Assembly: GCA_004431415.1 (NCBI GenBank)
Contig: QPMI01000095.1
Span: forward strand, 186,001 to 250,000
Direction: 5' to 3'
Origin: Cyanophora paradoxa CCMP329
Lineage: Eukaryota > Plantae > Glaucophyta
DNA: 64,000 nucleotides
Position numbers and translations under genes: made by a program. Below, piece by piece: positions 50,932 through 63,500 of this stretch (position 1 is its first letter; each line of letters begins with the position of its first letter). The notes beneath the pieces are model-generated. The model did no database searches. It was not told the DNA's origin and saw only the letters and a list, made by a program, of their open reading frames with translations.

Positions 50932-51324
50932 GCTCGCCCGGTATTCAGAAGGCGGGTGCAAGGCTCAAGAAACAGTTCGCACGTGAGCCGCGAGTCGCTG
51001 CTCGCCGCCGCCGCCGCGTTTTGGACGGGTACAATCAGCGGATTCGGCTAGACGACGAGGGCTTGAACTGGCTCGGGGTATGTGTACCCCTTCGCCATTT
51101 TAGGAACGGAGGCCGACGTCGACCTTGCACGTCGCAGTTAGCGTCCATCTTCGCGCAACCGAACCTTCGTGCAACCTTACACGCGCACAAGCCAAGCAGG
51201 CAGCCCAGCCGCCCAGGCGCTTTTCCTAAGCGTAGTCAGCGACAGCTTCCTAAGCGTAGTCACGACAGCCCAATCGGGCCTGCACGCTCACTGCCCAATC
51301 GGGCCTTCTTGCTTTTCTTAGGAG

Positions 51325-53684
51325 ATGGCCGCGGCGCCGGCCTCCGACAGCCCGATGAACGCGGCCCTCGCAAGCCTCGGCCTGAACATCGGGAAAGAGT
51401 TCGAGGAAGTAAGAACGAAAATCGCGCTCCTTGAGAGCCAAGCTCGCGCTGCAGCCGAAGAGGCAAAGGCTCGCGCTACGGCCGAGGAGGCCAGGGCGAA
51501 GCACGTGAGCACCAGCGCGCGGGGCTGGAAGTAGCGCCTCCGAGTGTGACTCTTCTATTCCCAGGTTGAGGAGCTCGAGAAGAGGGTGGCGCAGTTGGAA
51601 AAAGATGCGGCAGACAAACACACGGAAACCACGGCACGAGTAACGAAGCTCGAGGAGCAGGCGATCGGGGGGCTCAAGGTCCTGGAGGAGGGCTTGAACT
51701 CGCTGAGGGGGGAGAGCCGCAAGACCGGCGCCGAGTTGAACATGCTGAAAGCGTGCGTTCCTCGCCGCACCGCCCCCCACTCCGGGTCCTCCTGAGGCGG
51801 CGCGCGCAGAACGGTGTCGGCGCTCGAGCAGGTTAAAGCGGAGAAGGGGGATGTCGAGGAGCTCTCGGTGCGGGTGAACAAGCTGGCGGCGGACCTGGCG
51901 AGGGAGATGGCGGCGCTGCGGCAGGCGACCGTGCAGATCGAGGTCTCCACGCAGGAGCGCATCGCCAAGGTCACCACGGCGAGCGAGCCCAAGATCAGCG
52001 AGCGCGTCGCCGCCGTCACCGCCGAGGCGCTGGCGGAGGGGAAGAAGGCGGCCGCAGAGGTCGAGGCGCTGCGGGAGGAGGCGAAGCGGGAGCAGGCGCG
52101 GGTTGCGGAGGTGGAGAGGAAGATGCAAGAGCTCGTTTCGACGGAGGTGGAGACGCTGCGCAGCGAGCAGCAGTCGATGATGTGCATGATGAACCGCAGC
52201 TCCAAGGCGAGCGTCAGCAGGGCCGAGAAGGCGCTCGCGGAGACCCGCAGGGCGGCGGAGGCTGCGGCCGAGAAGGTGGTGCAGCTCGAGGCGGCGGTCA
52301 GGGGCGTGCATGAGCGGGTGGCGGCGGCCGAGCTCGGCGTCGCCGCCGGGCGCAGCGCCGCAGCCGAGCTCGCCGCCCCCCTCGCCGCCCGCCTCGACCG
52401 AGTCGAGTGAGCCCCGCGCCCGCCCCGCCCCCGCCCCGCCCCCGCCCCGCCCCGCGGTGGGTGCTGACGCGGGTGCGGGGGTGCAGGGCAGCGGTGGGCC
52501 CGGCGACGGCGGCCGGGGCGTGCTGGGGAAGCGGGAGGGGCAGCGGATGGCGGGGGAGGCGGCGGGGCGGTGCGAGAGGAGGTCCTGGGCCGCCTCGCGG
52601 GGGCCCTGGAGGAGGCGGAGCGGAAGCGGGCGGGGCGGGCGGAGGGGGTGCAGCAGCGCGTGGAGGCGGCGGAGCGGCAGCTCGGGGAGCTGCGGGCGGC
52701 GAGCAGCAGCCTCGAGGCGGCCGTCGCCCGCATCCTCGAGCGGCCCGCCGAGCCCAAGGCCTTCACCCTCGCCCTCCTCCCGCCTCCGCACGCCCCCGCC
52801 CCCGCCCCCGTCCCCCTGCCGCTGCCCCCGGGCGACGCGGTGACGCCGCTGCGGGAGCCGGGGCGGGGGCCGGGGGAGTGGACGTGGCCCGGGGGCTTGC
52901 TGGAGGCGGTGCAGCGCAAGGCGGAGCGCGGGGAGCTCGCCGATCTCGAGCAGCGCCTCCTCGCCGCCCTCGAGCGGCGGCTGCACGGCGAGGCGCGGGC
53001 CGGGGGCTGGCAGGGGCAGGGGCGGGGGAGGAGCTGCGGCTCAAGTGGACCGGCGGGAGCTCGCGCAGGAGCTCGAGCGCGTGGAGCGCCTCGCCGAGGC
53101 GGCCGCCCAGCGCGCCGCCGCCCGCCCGCCGAGCGCATCGACGCCCTCGACGCCCGCCTCCGCGACCTCTCCGCCGCCCTCGGCAAGGCCCAGGCGCACG
53201 CCTCCGCCGCCCCCGCCCCTCGGCCGGCGCGGCCGACGCGGCGGCGGCGGCGGCGGCGGCGGCGGACGCGGCGCGGGCGCTGGCGCGGGCGGAGGAGGCG
53301 CGGGCGGCGGCGGTGGCGCAGGCGGAGGCGATCCGGGAGCGGCTGGGGCACGTGGCCGGGGAGACGGAGATCGTGGAGCAGCTGGCGGGAGCGGTGGCGC
53401 GGCTGCAGGAGCAGCTGAACGGGAAGGTGGACAAGGCCAAGTTCCGGGCGCTGAAGGAGACGCTGGCGCCGCTGATCGCGATCGTGCGGGACCCGGCGCG
53501 GGCGTACGAGAGCCTCACGGGCGCCTCCCTCGCCGAGCGCCTCCCGCACGGCCGCCCCGAGAAGGAGGCTGCCCACGCCGGCCCCCGCCCCGCCACCGCC
53601 CGCTCCCGCTCCGCCCAGCGCCTCGCCAACCAGTCCTCCCCCTCCGCCCCCCGCGTCGGCGGCGGCTACTCCATGCCTTCCTAG
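51325..53684 (+). CDS. Coiled-coil protein with KAE/KVD repeats, unknown function
   Basis: Heptad-rich exons; recurring KAEKGDVEEL, KAERGELADL, KVDRRELAQEL, KVDKAKFRAL. Confidence 0.7.
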
Positions 53685-53868
53685 CCCCCTCACGTTCGCC
53701 CCCGCGGCCGCCATGGCCAGATCGTTCGGGCGCCCGCCTTTCCGACCCCAATCGACCGGGCGCTTAACAGCTAAAGAGAGGTAGAGCCCCCGGAGGAATG
53801 CGTTGCATCCGCATCTGCAGGAACAGTCACTCAGCGCAGTGTAGTGCTTGTAGGCTTTGAATCATTGA

Positions 53869-55310
53869 TTGGGGAAGGGAAAATCACTTCCCCTGTCCCT
53901 GTCCCTCGGGCCCAACCCTACCCCAAATCCCATTTCCCCGACCTCCGCAAAACCCGGGCCGCGCGGTACGTCCTGAAAGCGCATCCCCAGGGGACCCCGA
54001 AACCGTGTCTCCCGGTCCCGTCCGACCAAAGGGTGATCCAGGAACAGGCACCAACACCCGGGACAAAAATGGGTCCAGCGACGCACAGGGAGCAGATATA
54101 CGGGCCAGACCAGTTCGTGGTCAATGCTTGCATCATGCCCGACATTCTGTACAGCGGGAGCGAGGCCGGGCGCGAGCGCGGTCGTGTAGGAGGACGCCCC
54201 GCGCGCTAGCCAATCGCATTGGAGAGTGCGTTAACTTACCCTGAGGAAAGTCTTTAAGCGTACCCGAGCCTTTGCGCGGAACAGCGCCGCATGCTTGATG
54301 CTGCCGCAAGGACGCCCACGCGGCAGCGGTGGCGCACAGCCACCGGTCGGCATCGTCATAGGAGCGGACATCGAGCCGGCGACGGGCCGTGCGACTCGCC
54401 CAGCTGCGGTGGCTCCCGCAAGCTGTACGGCGGCAAGTGCCTGCACTGCGCCCAGCACTTCTGCACGAGGGACGCGCTGTACAGTCATGTGCCAGGATGT
54501 CGCGCCCCGCGCCTGCAGCCAGCGTAGGTCGCCCTGGAGGAACCCGCAGCTCGACCAGCGGCGCCCACGCGTTCAGCGAGCGGCCTGAGTGCGGGGACTG
54601 TCAGCAGAAGAGCAAAGCCACCGGCAGCAAAGACGTGTGGGCTGTGACCTCTGCGCTGCCCACTTCGTGCGCTTCGGCCGGCGAAGGTGGTGGCACACCA
54701 CGCAACTGCATCCTGTGAAAAGAACCGCTTACGTGGTACGCGGTCATTATGCTTTCGAAGCGTTCGAAACTTACCTTTTCGCTACGTGTATACGCTGTCG
54801 CAGATGAGCCGGAGCTGCAGAGCATCGCTGCGCGCGCGGAAGCCGCGACCGCCGCCTCAGCGCCTGTACACGTCGGTCCGCCGGGCCGCGAGGCGCACCA
54901 AGTGCTCGACTTGCGATGCGAGCTCACAGCGCTCAATCGCAGAGCACGGGCAGCCGGCTGCTGCGGGATCGATTCCGCCTGCTGGCAGTCACAACCTCGC
55001 CTCGCGGCGCGGCTGCAATCGCTGCACGGACAAGCAGCTGCAAGCGGCGGCCGGTGCGAACGTCTGGGGCTGCGACTACTGCGGCGAGCACTACGTCGGC
55101 TACAAACCATCGCGCGTACACGCGCATTTCAAGACTTGCAAGAAGCGAGGCACAGCCAGTGCAGGTAAGCCAGGCCAGTGCACAGCTGGCTATGCGAGTC
55201 TTGTGCGCGCTGTGAATGCCAAGCCACTGCAGTGCAACAGTCCCGTTCACATGATTAAATTCCCTTCCCCGGACCCAACTGACGCGCGCGGCAAGTCAGT
55301 GGCTCTTTAT
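53869..55310 (+). mobile_element. Left arm of ~1.44-kb inverted repeat (transposon-like, zinc-finger coding)
   Basis: Reverse complement of 58569-60015; terminal hairpin GGGGAAG-N9-CTTCCCC. Confidence 0.8.
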
Positions 55311-55682
55311 TACAGCAGGTTATTAGCGCTAGGCAACGGCAGGCCTACTCAGGCCCGCCGTACACACACGTGCATGCGCACACGGGCGGGCACGCGTACG
55401 CCGTGCGCCAGCTAGCCGCTGAGCTAGCGCTATGGGAGCCTCGGAGGGGGGGGGGGGGGGGGGGGGGGGGGCAAGCTGGCAGGGTAGACTCACCCCGAGC
55501 TACCGTCGACCTGCGCCAGGCTGCAGCGTTAATTGCGGTCGCCGTTACAGCCAAGCTGCAATCCGGAGAAGGCTGATACCGAAACGTCACCAGGGAGCTC
55601 GCCTGGTCAGCGCTCAGCTGCAGGCAGGGACTCAGGCTCGGCATAGTGCGCCGGTTGCTTGGCATAGTGTGCGCTGAGCAGC

Positions 55683-58479
55683 ATGGAGGGAGAGGCCCAA
55701 GGCGCCCAGCGAGCCATGAGCTTTTCGACAGCGTCGCAACTGGAGAGCTTGAGAGGAATAGTTTCGGTGCGCATCAGAAGAGAAGCTAGTCTCGAATGCA
55801 CGCGCAAGGGCTCTCGGCGTCCTCTGCCGCAATTCGCGTCTGCCGTGTCTAATACTTCTGTTGCAGGTCTCTTTCGACTCGGTGCGCCCGCGCTTGTGCT
55901 TGCGTGCCTACGGTCGAGCTGGGCGTCCGAATTGGCTGCGCCGCAAGCAGCGCGGCGCCACTGCGCCTGCGGCGTGCACCGACGCGTCATGACCGCCGGT
56001 CCGCCGCAGGAAAAGCTGACGACGCTTTTCATTCGAATATTCGAGCGCCTGGACGCGCTGGAGAAGAAGCCGGGGGAGGGCGAGCTGCTCGAGCTGCACG
56101 GGAAGATCGAGGCGGAGCGGTCCAAGGCGGAGGAGCTGCGCTCCTTCCGCGACCAGGTGCCCCGCCCTGGCGCCCCGGCCGCCCTGCCGGGGGGCCTCAG
56201 GCGGGACGGGCCAGGCGGTGGCGGCGAGCGAGGCGATGGCGCGACGGGTGGAGGAGCTGGCGGCGGCGAACGCGGCGCTGGAGCGGGAGCAGCGGCGGAT
56301 GGCGGAGGCGGCGGCGAAGCAGGCGGGGGACTTCCGGGGGGCGCTGGAGGCGCTGGGGGCGCAGGCGCGGGAGCTGGAGCGGGGCCTCTCGGGGCAGCTG
56401 CGGGAGCTCGGGGAGGGGAAGTGCAGCCAGGCCTTCGTCCTCTCCAAGCTCCAGGAGAAGGTCCCGCCCCGCCCCGCCCCGCCCCCCGGGTGGCCGACGC
56501 GGCGCGCAGCTCGACCGCGACGTCTTCGCCTCCGTCACGCACACCATCAAGGGCCTCCAGAGCGGCCCGCCCCGTGCCCGCCCTGCGCGCCCCGCGGCCG
56601 ACGCCGGCGCAGAGCTCGGGGCGCTGCAGAGTTTGGCGAGCACCAAGGCGGACCGGACGGAGTGCGCGGGGGCGGGGGCGGGTGGCGGGGGGGGCGGGGG
56701 CTGAGGGCGGGGCAGGCTGGAGCTGCTGAAGACGCGGAACCTGGAGGCGCTGGGCCGGAACGAGGCGTACGGGGCGCAGCTGCAGGAGCTGCACGCGCAC
56801 GCCGCCTCCCTCCACGCCGCCCTGCGCGCCGCCGAGGGGCGCCTCGCCGCCGCCGAGCAGACCCTCGCCGGCCTCCTCGCCGGCGTCGCCGCCAAGGCCG
56901 ACGCCGACGCCACCGCCGAGCGCTTCGCCGTCCGCCCGCTCGCCCCCGCCGCGCCGCGCGCCCGGGGCGAGCGGGGGCGGGGGCAGGGCTGGAGCGGGAC
57001 CTGCAGGGGTGCGGGGCGTGACCGGTGGCCTCGAAGCCGCCACCTCTAGGCTCCGCCGCGTCCGCCCGCCCCGCCCCGCCCGACCCGCCCCTCACCCGCC
57101 CCCCACTCCTCAACCCCCCCCCCCCCCCCCCCCCTTCCGGCAGGCCGCTGACGAGACCGATAAGGCGCGCCAGCCCCTGCAGCGGCTGCACGCGGCGTGG
57201 CTGAGGGGGCGCAGCGGATGGCGGAGGTGGAGGGGAAGGTGGCCGGCGGGCCGGGGTGGGCGGGCGGCGGGGCGGGGGCCGGGGAGCTGCAGGCGGCGGT
57301 GGAGGCGCTGGGGCGGGAGAAGGCGGCGGGGGCGGAGGTGGAGCGGGTGGCGGCGCTGGCGGCGAAAACGGCCGCCGAGGTCGACGCCCTCCGCACCTCG
57401 TCCAGTCCATGCGCGCCTCCGCGCCCTCCCCGCCCCGCCCGCCAGCGCCGCCCCCGCCCGCTCCGCCCTTGTCGAGGCCCTCGCCGCCGGGGACTCTCCG
57501 GCGGGCGGCGGCGACGGAGGGGGCGCGTCGACGAGCCGCGGCCCGCAGCTGAGCGAGGTGTACCGGTGCGCGGCGGGCGGGGCAAGGGAGCCGGGAGGCG
57601 CGAGTGACGGGGGCGGGGCAGGATCCTGAACGACCTCACGCGGGGCTACGGGAGCTGAACCGGGTGCGCGGGCGGGGCGGGGCGGGGCGGGTGGGGCGGG
57701 CGGGGCCGAGGTGCGGGGCGGGGCAGGTGAAGGCTTCGGCGGGGCAGGTGGCGACGAAGGCGGAGCGGGGGAGCTCGAGGCCCTCGAGGCCCGCCTCGCC
57801 GCCCACGCCGAGGCCCGCCCCGCCCCCTCCCCCCGCCCCGCCCCTCCGACGCCCCCGCAGCGCTCCGCGGCCGAGCTGCGGCGGGAGCTGCTGCGCATCC
57901 GCCGCGTCCTCGCGCCCCTCCTCGACGCCCCGGGCCTCCCCGTCCGCCGCCCCGCCCGCCCTGCCCCGCCCGCCAGCCCTGCCTGACCCCGCGCCAGGCG
58001 GCCATGCACTCGCGCTGCCTGACGTGCGACTCTCCCGTCTCCGTCGCTGGCCTCCGCGCCCTCCTACGCGCCGCCTCCGTCCCAAGCTCGGCGCCCCCGC
58101 CTCGGGGCTCCTCCCGCCGCCCCGCCGCCCGACGCCTCCCGGGCGCCTGGGGCGGGCCGGACGAGAGGTGCGGCGCAGGGCGGGGGCCCGTGGGGCCGGT
58201 GCTGACGTGGGCGCAGCCTGGTGCTCGACGGCGTCTCGAGCCTGTCCGTCTCCACCGGGGGCCGCCCCCCGAGGGCCCCGGCGCCGCCCGCCCCGCCCCG
58301 ACTCGCCGGCCGCCTCCCCGCCCTCGAGCCGCCCCGCGAGCGCGCGCCCCGGGTCGGCCTCGGCGCGCCCGGGCTCCGCCAAGGCGGGGGGGAGGGCGGC
58401 CACGCAGCGGCCCTCCTCCGCCCTGCGGGCCGCCCTCAGGGCGGGGGCCACCGCCGCCGCCACCGCCGCCATCCTGTGA
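55683..58479 (+). CDS. Coiled-coil protein with C-terminal CxxC (CLTCD), QRICH2/DUF4795-like
   Basis: Heptad exons with KADRTE, KADADA, TKAERGELEAL; MHSRCLTCDSPV motif; family call is from memory of the CLSCD motif. Confidence 0.6.
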
Positions 58480-58509
58480 AAATCGGACCCGGGGGGCCCC
58501 TCACGACGG

Positions 58510-59585
58510 GGGCCCACCTGGCCAGCTGTGTGCAAACAAGCGGCGATTTCTTTAGCCTGACATGTTTCATAAAGAGCCACTGACTTGCCGCGCGCGTCAG
58601 TTGGGTCCGGGGAAGGGAATTTAATCATGTGAACGGGACTGTTGCACTGCAGTGGCTTGGCATTCACAGCGCGCACAAGACTCGCATAGCCAGCTGTGCA
58701 CTGGCCTGGCTTACCTGCACTGGCTGTGCCTCGCTTCTTGCAAGTCTTGAAATGCGCGTGTCCGCGCGATGGTTTGTAGCCGACGTAGTGCTCGCCGCAG
58801 TAGTCGCAGCCCCAGACGTTCGCACCGGCCGCCGCTTGCAGCTGCTTGTCCGTGCAGCGATTGCAGCCGCGCCGCGAGGCGAGGTTGTGACTGCCAGCAG
58901 GCGGAATCGATCCCGCAGCAGCCGGCTGCCCGTGCTCTGCGATTGAGCGCTGTGAGCTCGCATCGCAAGTCGAGCACTTGGTGCGCCTCGCGGCCCGGCG
59001 GACCGACGTGTACAGGCGCTGAGGCGGCGGTCGCGGCTTCCGCGCGCGCAGCGATGCTCTGCAGCTCCGGCTCATCTGCGACAGCGTATACACGTAGCGA
59101 AAAGGTAAGTTTCGAACGCTTCGAAAGCATAATGACCGCGTACCACGTAAGCGGTTCTTTTCACAGGATGCAGTTGCGTGGTGTGCCACCACCTTCGCCG
59201 GGCCGAAGCGCACGAAGTGGGCAGCGCAGAGGTCACAGCCCCACACGTCTTTGCTGCCGGTGGCTTTGCTCTTCTGCTGACAGTCCCCGCACTCAGGCCG
59301 CTCGCTGAACGCGTGGGCGCCGCTGGTCGAGCTGCGGGTTCCTCCAGGGCGACCTACGCTGGCTGCAGGCGCGGGGGCGCGACATCCTGGCACATGACTG
59401 TACAGCGCGTCCCTCGTGCAGAAGTGCTGGGCGCAGTGCAGGCACTTGCCGCCGTACAGCTTGCGGGAGCCACCGCAGCTGGGCGAGTCGCACGGCCCCG
59501 TCGCCGGCTCGATGTCCGCTCCTATGACGATGCCGACCGGTGGCTGTGCGCCACCGCTGCCGCGTGGGCGTCCTTGCGGCAGCAT
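58510..59585 (-). CDS. Cys/His-rich multi-zinc-finger ORF within the right arm (probably 3' truncated)
   Basis: MLPQGRP..CLHCAQHFC..H..C; two repeats CxxC..VWGCDxCxxH..H..C; left-arm copy starts 54298 with homopolymer frameshifts. Confidence 0.55.
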
Positions 59586-60015
59586 CAAGCATGCGGCGCT
59601 GTTCCCGCGCAAAGGCTCGGGTACGCTTAAAGACTTTCCTCAGGGTAAGTTAACGCACTCTCCAATGCGATTGGCTAGCGCGCGGGGCGTCCTCCTACAC
59701 GACCGCGCTCGCGCCCGGCCTCGCTCCCGCTGTACAGAATGTCGGGCATGATGCAAGCATTGACCACGAACTGGTCTGGCCCGTATATCTGCTCCCTGTG
59801 CGTCGCTGGACCCATTTTTGTCCCGGGTGTTGGTGCCTGTTCCTGGATCACCCTTTGGTCGGACGGGACCGGGAGACACGGTTTCGGGGTCCCCTGGGGA
59901 TGCGCTTTCAGGACGTACCGCGCGGCCCGGGTTTTGCGGAGGTCGGGGAAATGGGATTTGGGGTAGGGTTGGGCCCGAGGGACAGGGACAGGGGAAGTGA
60001 TTTTCCCTTCCCCAA
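58569..60015 (-). mobile_element. Right arm of ~1.44-kb inverted repeat
   Basis: Differs from the left arm by five 1-bp homopolymer indels and one substitution seen by eye. Confidence 0.8.
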
Positions 60016-60520
60016 CAAGGGGGGAAGTTTAAGCTCCAGTGCCACGGTGTGGCACAAGCACTGCATATCATATCGATACAAACGCACGCCAACAAAAAGG
60101 AGGAGGAAAACGGACTGGACTGTGAAGATGCACTGATGAGGAAGCTTTACAGGTTGCACATTGATAATACTGGCATACACTGGTTGCGCTCAAGCAAGCG
60201 CACTGCGGCAATCTATGCATATCGATATAACTGTCGAAAACACTGTGGCATGTGGGCGAAACTGCGATTGGTCACTGAATCGCTAGTTGCTAGATTACAC
60301 AAGACTGATTGCGGGAATCAGAGCACAACAAATGGCAAGTGCACGAGCGTTTTTCCCGCACGGCAGGCATAGAAAACAAGCGGAAATGTGATATGGTCAT
60401 GAGATGGATAGTCGCCTCGCCTCGCAGGCGGAGAAAGTGGTGTCGAGAATCGAAACAGGGCGAAAGAAGATCTAGAAAGGGCCGGGCCTGTGCGCGGGGC
60501 TGGCGTCGGGGCTGTTATAA

Positions 60521-63500
60521 TTAGACCTGAGGCCGGGTCTGGACGATGTAGAAGTGGCCGTTGGCGAAGCAGCCCTCGATGTCCTGCGGGGAGCCGAGGG
60601 CGGCCTCGACGAGAGCGCCTGCGGGCCCGGGGGGCGGGGTGAGAGGGGGCGCGGGGCCGGGGGGCGGGCGGACCGATCTCGACGACGCGGTGGAGGAGGC
60701 GGGCGCGGAAGGCGTCGTCCCAGAGGAGCCGCTCGTCGGCGTGCCGCACCACCTCCAGCGCCGGCGCCCCCGCCAGCACCGAGTCGTACAGCCCCGCCCC
60801 CGCGTACCCCTCCAGGTCCTCCCCGTTGCTGTCCGAGCGGAAGATGAGGTTCTCGTTGCGGGAGCGGAGGCAGTGGAGCTTGGAGGGGAAGCCGAGGAGG
60901 CGCGGGGCGTCGGGGGCCTCGCCGGGGCGGCGCTTGCGGGCGGCGAAGGAGAGGGCGCGACCGGGGAAGTTGCCGACGAGCGCCTCCCCGAGCCCGACGC
61001 AGAGCTCCGCGTAGATCTCCCCCGCGTCCTTCGTGAAGGGGTTCGTCGTGTGGATCACGAACGCGTACTCCGCCGGCACCACCGCCATCACCAGCACCGC
61101 CATCCGCACCCCCGTCGGGTCGAGCCCCGCCTTGCGCCCCGCCACGAAGGCCCGCGAGTTCCACTTGCTCGCCCAGACGCGCCGCAGGGCGGCCCAGGCC
61201 TCCTCCCAGGAGCAGCAGGCGGCGAGCTCGAGGCCCTCGGCGCGGAGGCAGGCCTCGAGCTCCTCCCGCAGGCCCCCCGGCGCCTCCAGGCCCTCGATCA
61301 GCGCCCGCATCGCCCCCAGCTGCTCCTCCACCGCCTCCCCGCGCCGCTCCCCCGCAGGGCTGCCCCCGCCCAGGGCGCCGCGGAGGGCGGCGAGGAGCTC
61401 GCGGCCGGCGCGGTGCGCGGCCCCGTTGGCCTCGTCCCGCAGCGCCCGCTCGCAGCTCCCGAAGGGCAGCGCCACGGCGGCGGGGAAGCGGACCCAGTCG
61501 GGGAGGCGGCCGCGGAGGCCCTCGAGGTTGTTGGACTTGCCGCCGAGGAGCTCGCGCGAGAACTCGCCCGAGCGCAGGCACCAGCGCCCGCTCTCCGCTG
61601 CCCCCGCCCCGGCGTGCCTCTTCGGGGCGATCTCGAGGCGGGGCTTGGGGGCGGCGGCGAGGGCCCCCGGGGCGATCTCCTCGTAGGCGACCTCGCCGCG
61701 GCCCGTGTCGCTGAAGAGCAGCGTGCGCCCCGCGAGCCCCCGCAGCGTCTCGTACTCGTCTGCCGGCCCCGCGTCGGTGCGGCGCGGCGCGGCGGCGGGG
61801 CGGGGCGGGGCGGCGGGGGCGGGGCAGGGCGGGCGGGCGCACGCTCGCAGAAGCAGGTGGCGAAGAGGACGCCGAGGTTGCGGGCGCGCACGGCGACGTG
61901 GGAGAGGATGTCCGGCGCGTCCGCCGTGATCACCGCCGTCACCCCCTCCGGGATCTCCTCCTCCCCCGTGATGCGCCGCACCAGCACCGTCGTCGGCGTC
62001 TGGTACCTGCCCCGGCGCTCGGCCCGGGGGCGCCGGGCGGGGGGCTCGGGGCGGGGGCGTACACGTCGTGCTGGATGGGGCGGAGCTCGTCGTGGACCTC
62101 GAGGAGGCCGGCGGGGGCGACGTCGGCCCGCCCCGGCGATATGATCTGCCAGGAGCCGAGGTTCGCGCGGCGGCGCAGCGCGGGGTCCATGCGGCGGAGG
62201 ATGGCGGAGAGGGCGAAGAGCGGGCTCCCGCGCAGGACCTCCTCGGTGAAGAGGGCCGCCACCCAGGCCTCGGCGCTGAACGCCAGCGCCAGGTAGGCCG
62301 CCTGCGGCTGCAGCGAGCCCTGGAAGAGGTCCACCAGGGCGCCCAGCGCGGTCCGCATGCGGTCGGTGCAGGCCTTGAGGTGGAGGAGGGCGGGGCCGCT
62401 CTTGAGGGGCCCCGCCTTGAGCCGGTTGAGCTCGTGGAGGCAGTCCCAGAGGGCGGCGTCGTCCAGCGAGAGGCACGCGTTCTCGAGGACGAGGCCGGCG
62501 GCGTGCAGCTGCTGCTCGAGGTCGCCGGCGGCGCCGAGGGCCTCGACGGCGAGGCGCCCGGCCTCCTCCATGCCGGCGTCGAGGAAGAGGAGGTCGCGGA
62601 GGACGTGGCCCTCGCTCTGCTCCAGCGCCCCCCGCAGCTTGCGCCGGAAGCTCGTGATCCGCTCCAGCTGCGCCGCGTTGTCCCAGTGGCCGCGGTTCCA
62701 GAGGATCGAGTCGAGGTGCTGGTTCATGCCGTGGTCGAGGCAGTAGCGGGCGCCCTGCGAGACCACCTCCAGGTCGCCGCCGCAGTGCACCGACTTGAGG
62801 ATGCGCAGGTACTCGTTCATGTCCCACACCAGGCCGTCCTTGCAGTGCCAGTGCATGGCGGGGTCGCAGCGGATGGGGCGCTCGTAGGCGGCGAGCTTGG
62901 CGCGGTCGAGGCCGCGGGAGGCGAGGTGGCCCCAGAAGGCGTCGAGGGAGCCGTTGTTGCAGAGGAAGGCGAGGTACGCCTCGCAGATCGGCACGTCGTC
63001 CGGCGTCGTGTTGTTGTGCAGCTTCTGGTGCCACTGCTCCCTGCGCCCCGCCCTCAGCCTCGCCGCCCCCAGGGGCGGGGCCGGCGGGCGCGGCGGGGCG
63101 GGACGGACAGGAACGTGTTGGGGTCCTCGGGGAGGCGGTGGCGGTGCATGATGTTGAGGATCTCGTCGCGGATGCGCTGCCCGTTGCCCCCGCCCTTCCC
63201 CAGCATCGGCAGCATCATCCGCGCCAGCTGCCGCGTTCCCGGCGCCGTGCGGTACACTTGCGCGATTTGCATCGTCAGGCCGTCCTGCGCCGCCGCCAAG
63301 ATCCTGCCCCGCCGCCTCAGCGCCGGCCGAGCGCGGCGGCCGGGGGCGCGGACCGAGGCTGCGTGTTGTAGTTGCGCTGCCAGTCGAGCTGGCGGATGAA
63401 GGAGAAGCGGAGCCAGGCGTAGAGGAGGGCCATCTTGTCGAAGTCGCCGGCCGCGCCCGGCAGCAGCTCCGCGCAAAGGTTGTAGCGGTGCATGAGGGTC

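Noticed and set aside
54270-54680. Frameshifts in the left-arm ORF as true pseudogenisation
   Set aside because: All five are single-base losses in G/C runs, typical of long-read consensus error; undecidable without reads
18425-57134. Long poly-C/poly-G runs (18425, 31236, 43100, 55446, 57114) as telomeric or element termini
   Set aside because: No shared flanks or telomere-type unit; lengths unreliable in assemblies
57636-58509. Extension of the zinc-finger ORF to 658 aa as a fusion protein
   Set aside because: This part is the antisense of the coiled-coil gene and reads as low-complexity shadow
39589-63399. Very long Arg/Pro/Gly/Ala-rich ORFs (e.g. 39589-41448 +, 51555-53714 -, 60561-62144 +)
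   Set aside because: Antisense or off-frame shadows of real spliced genes in extremely GC-rich DNA where stop codons are rare
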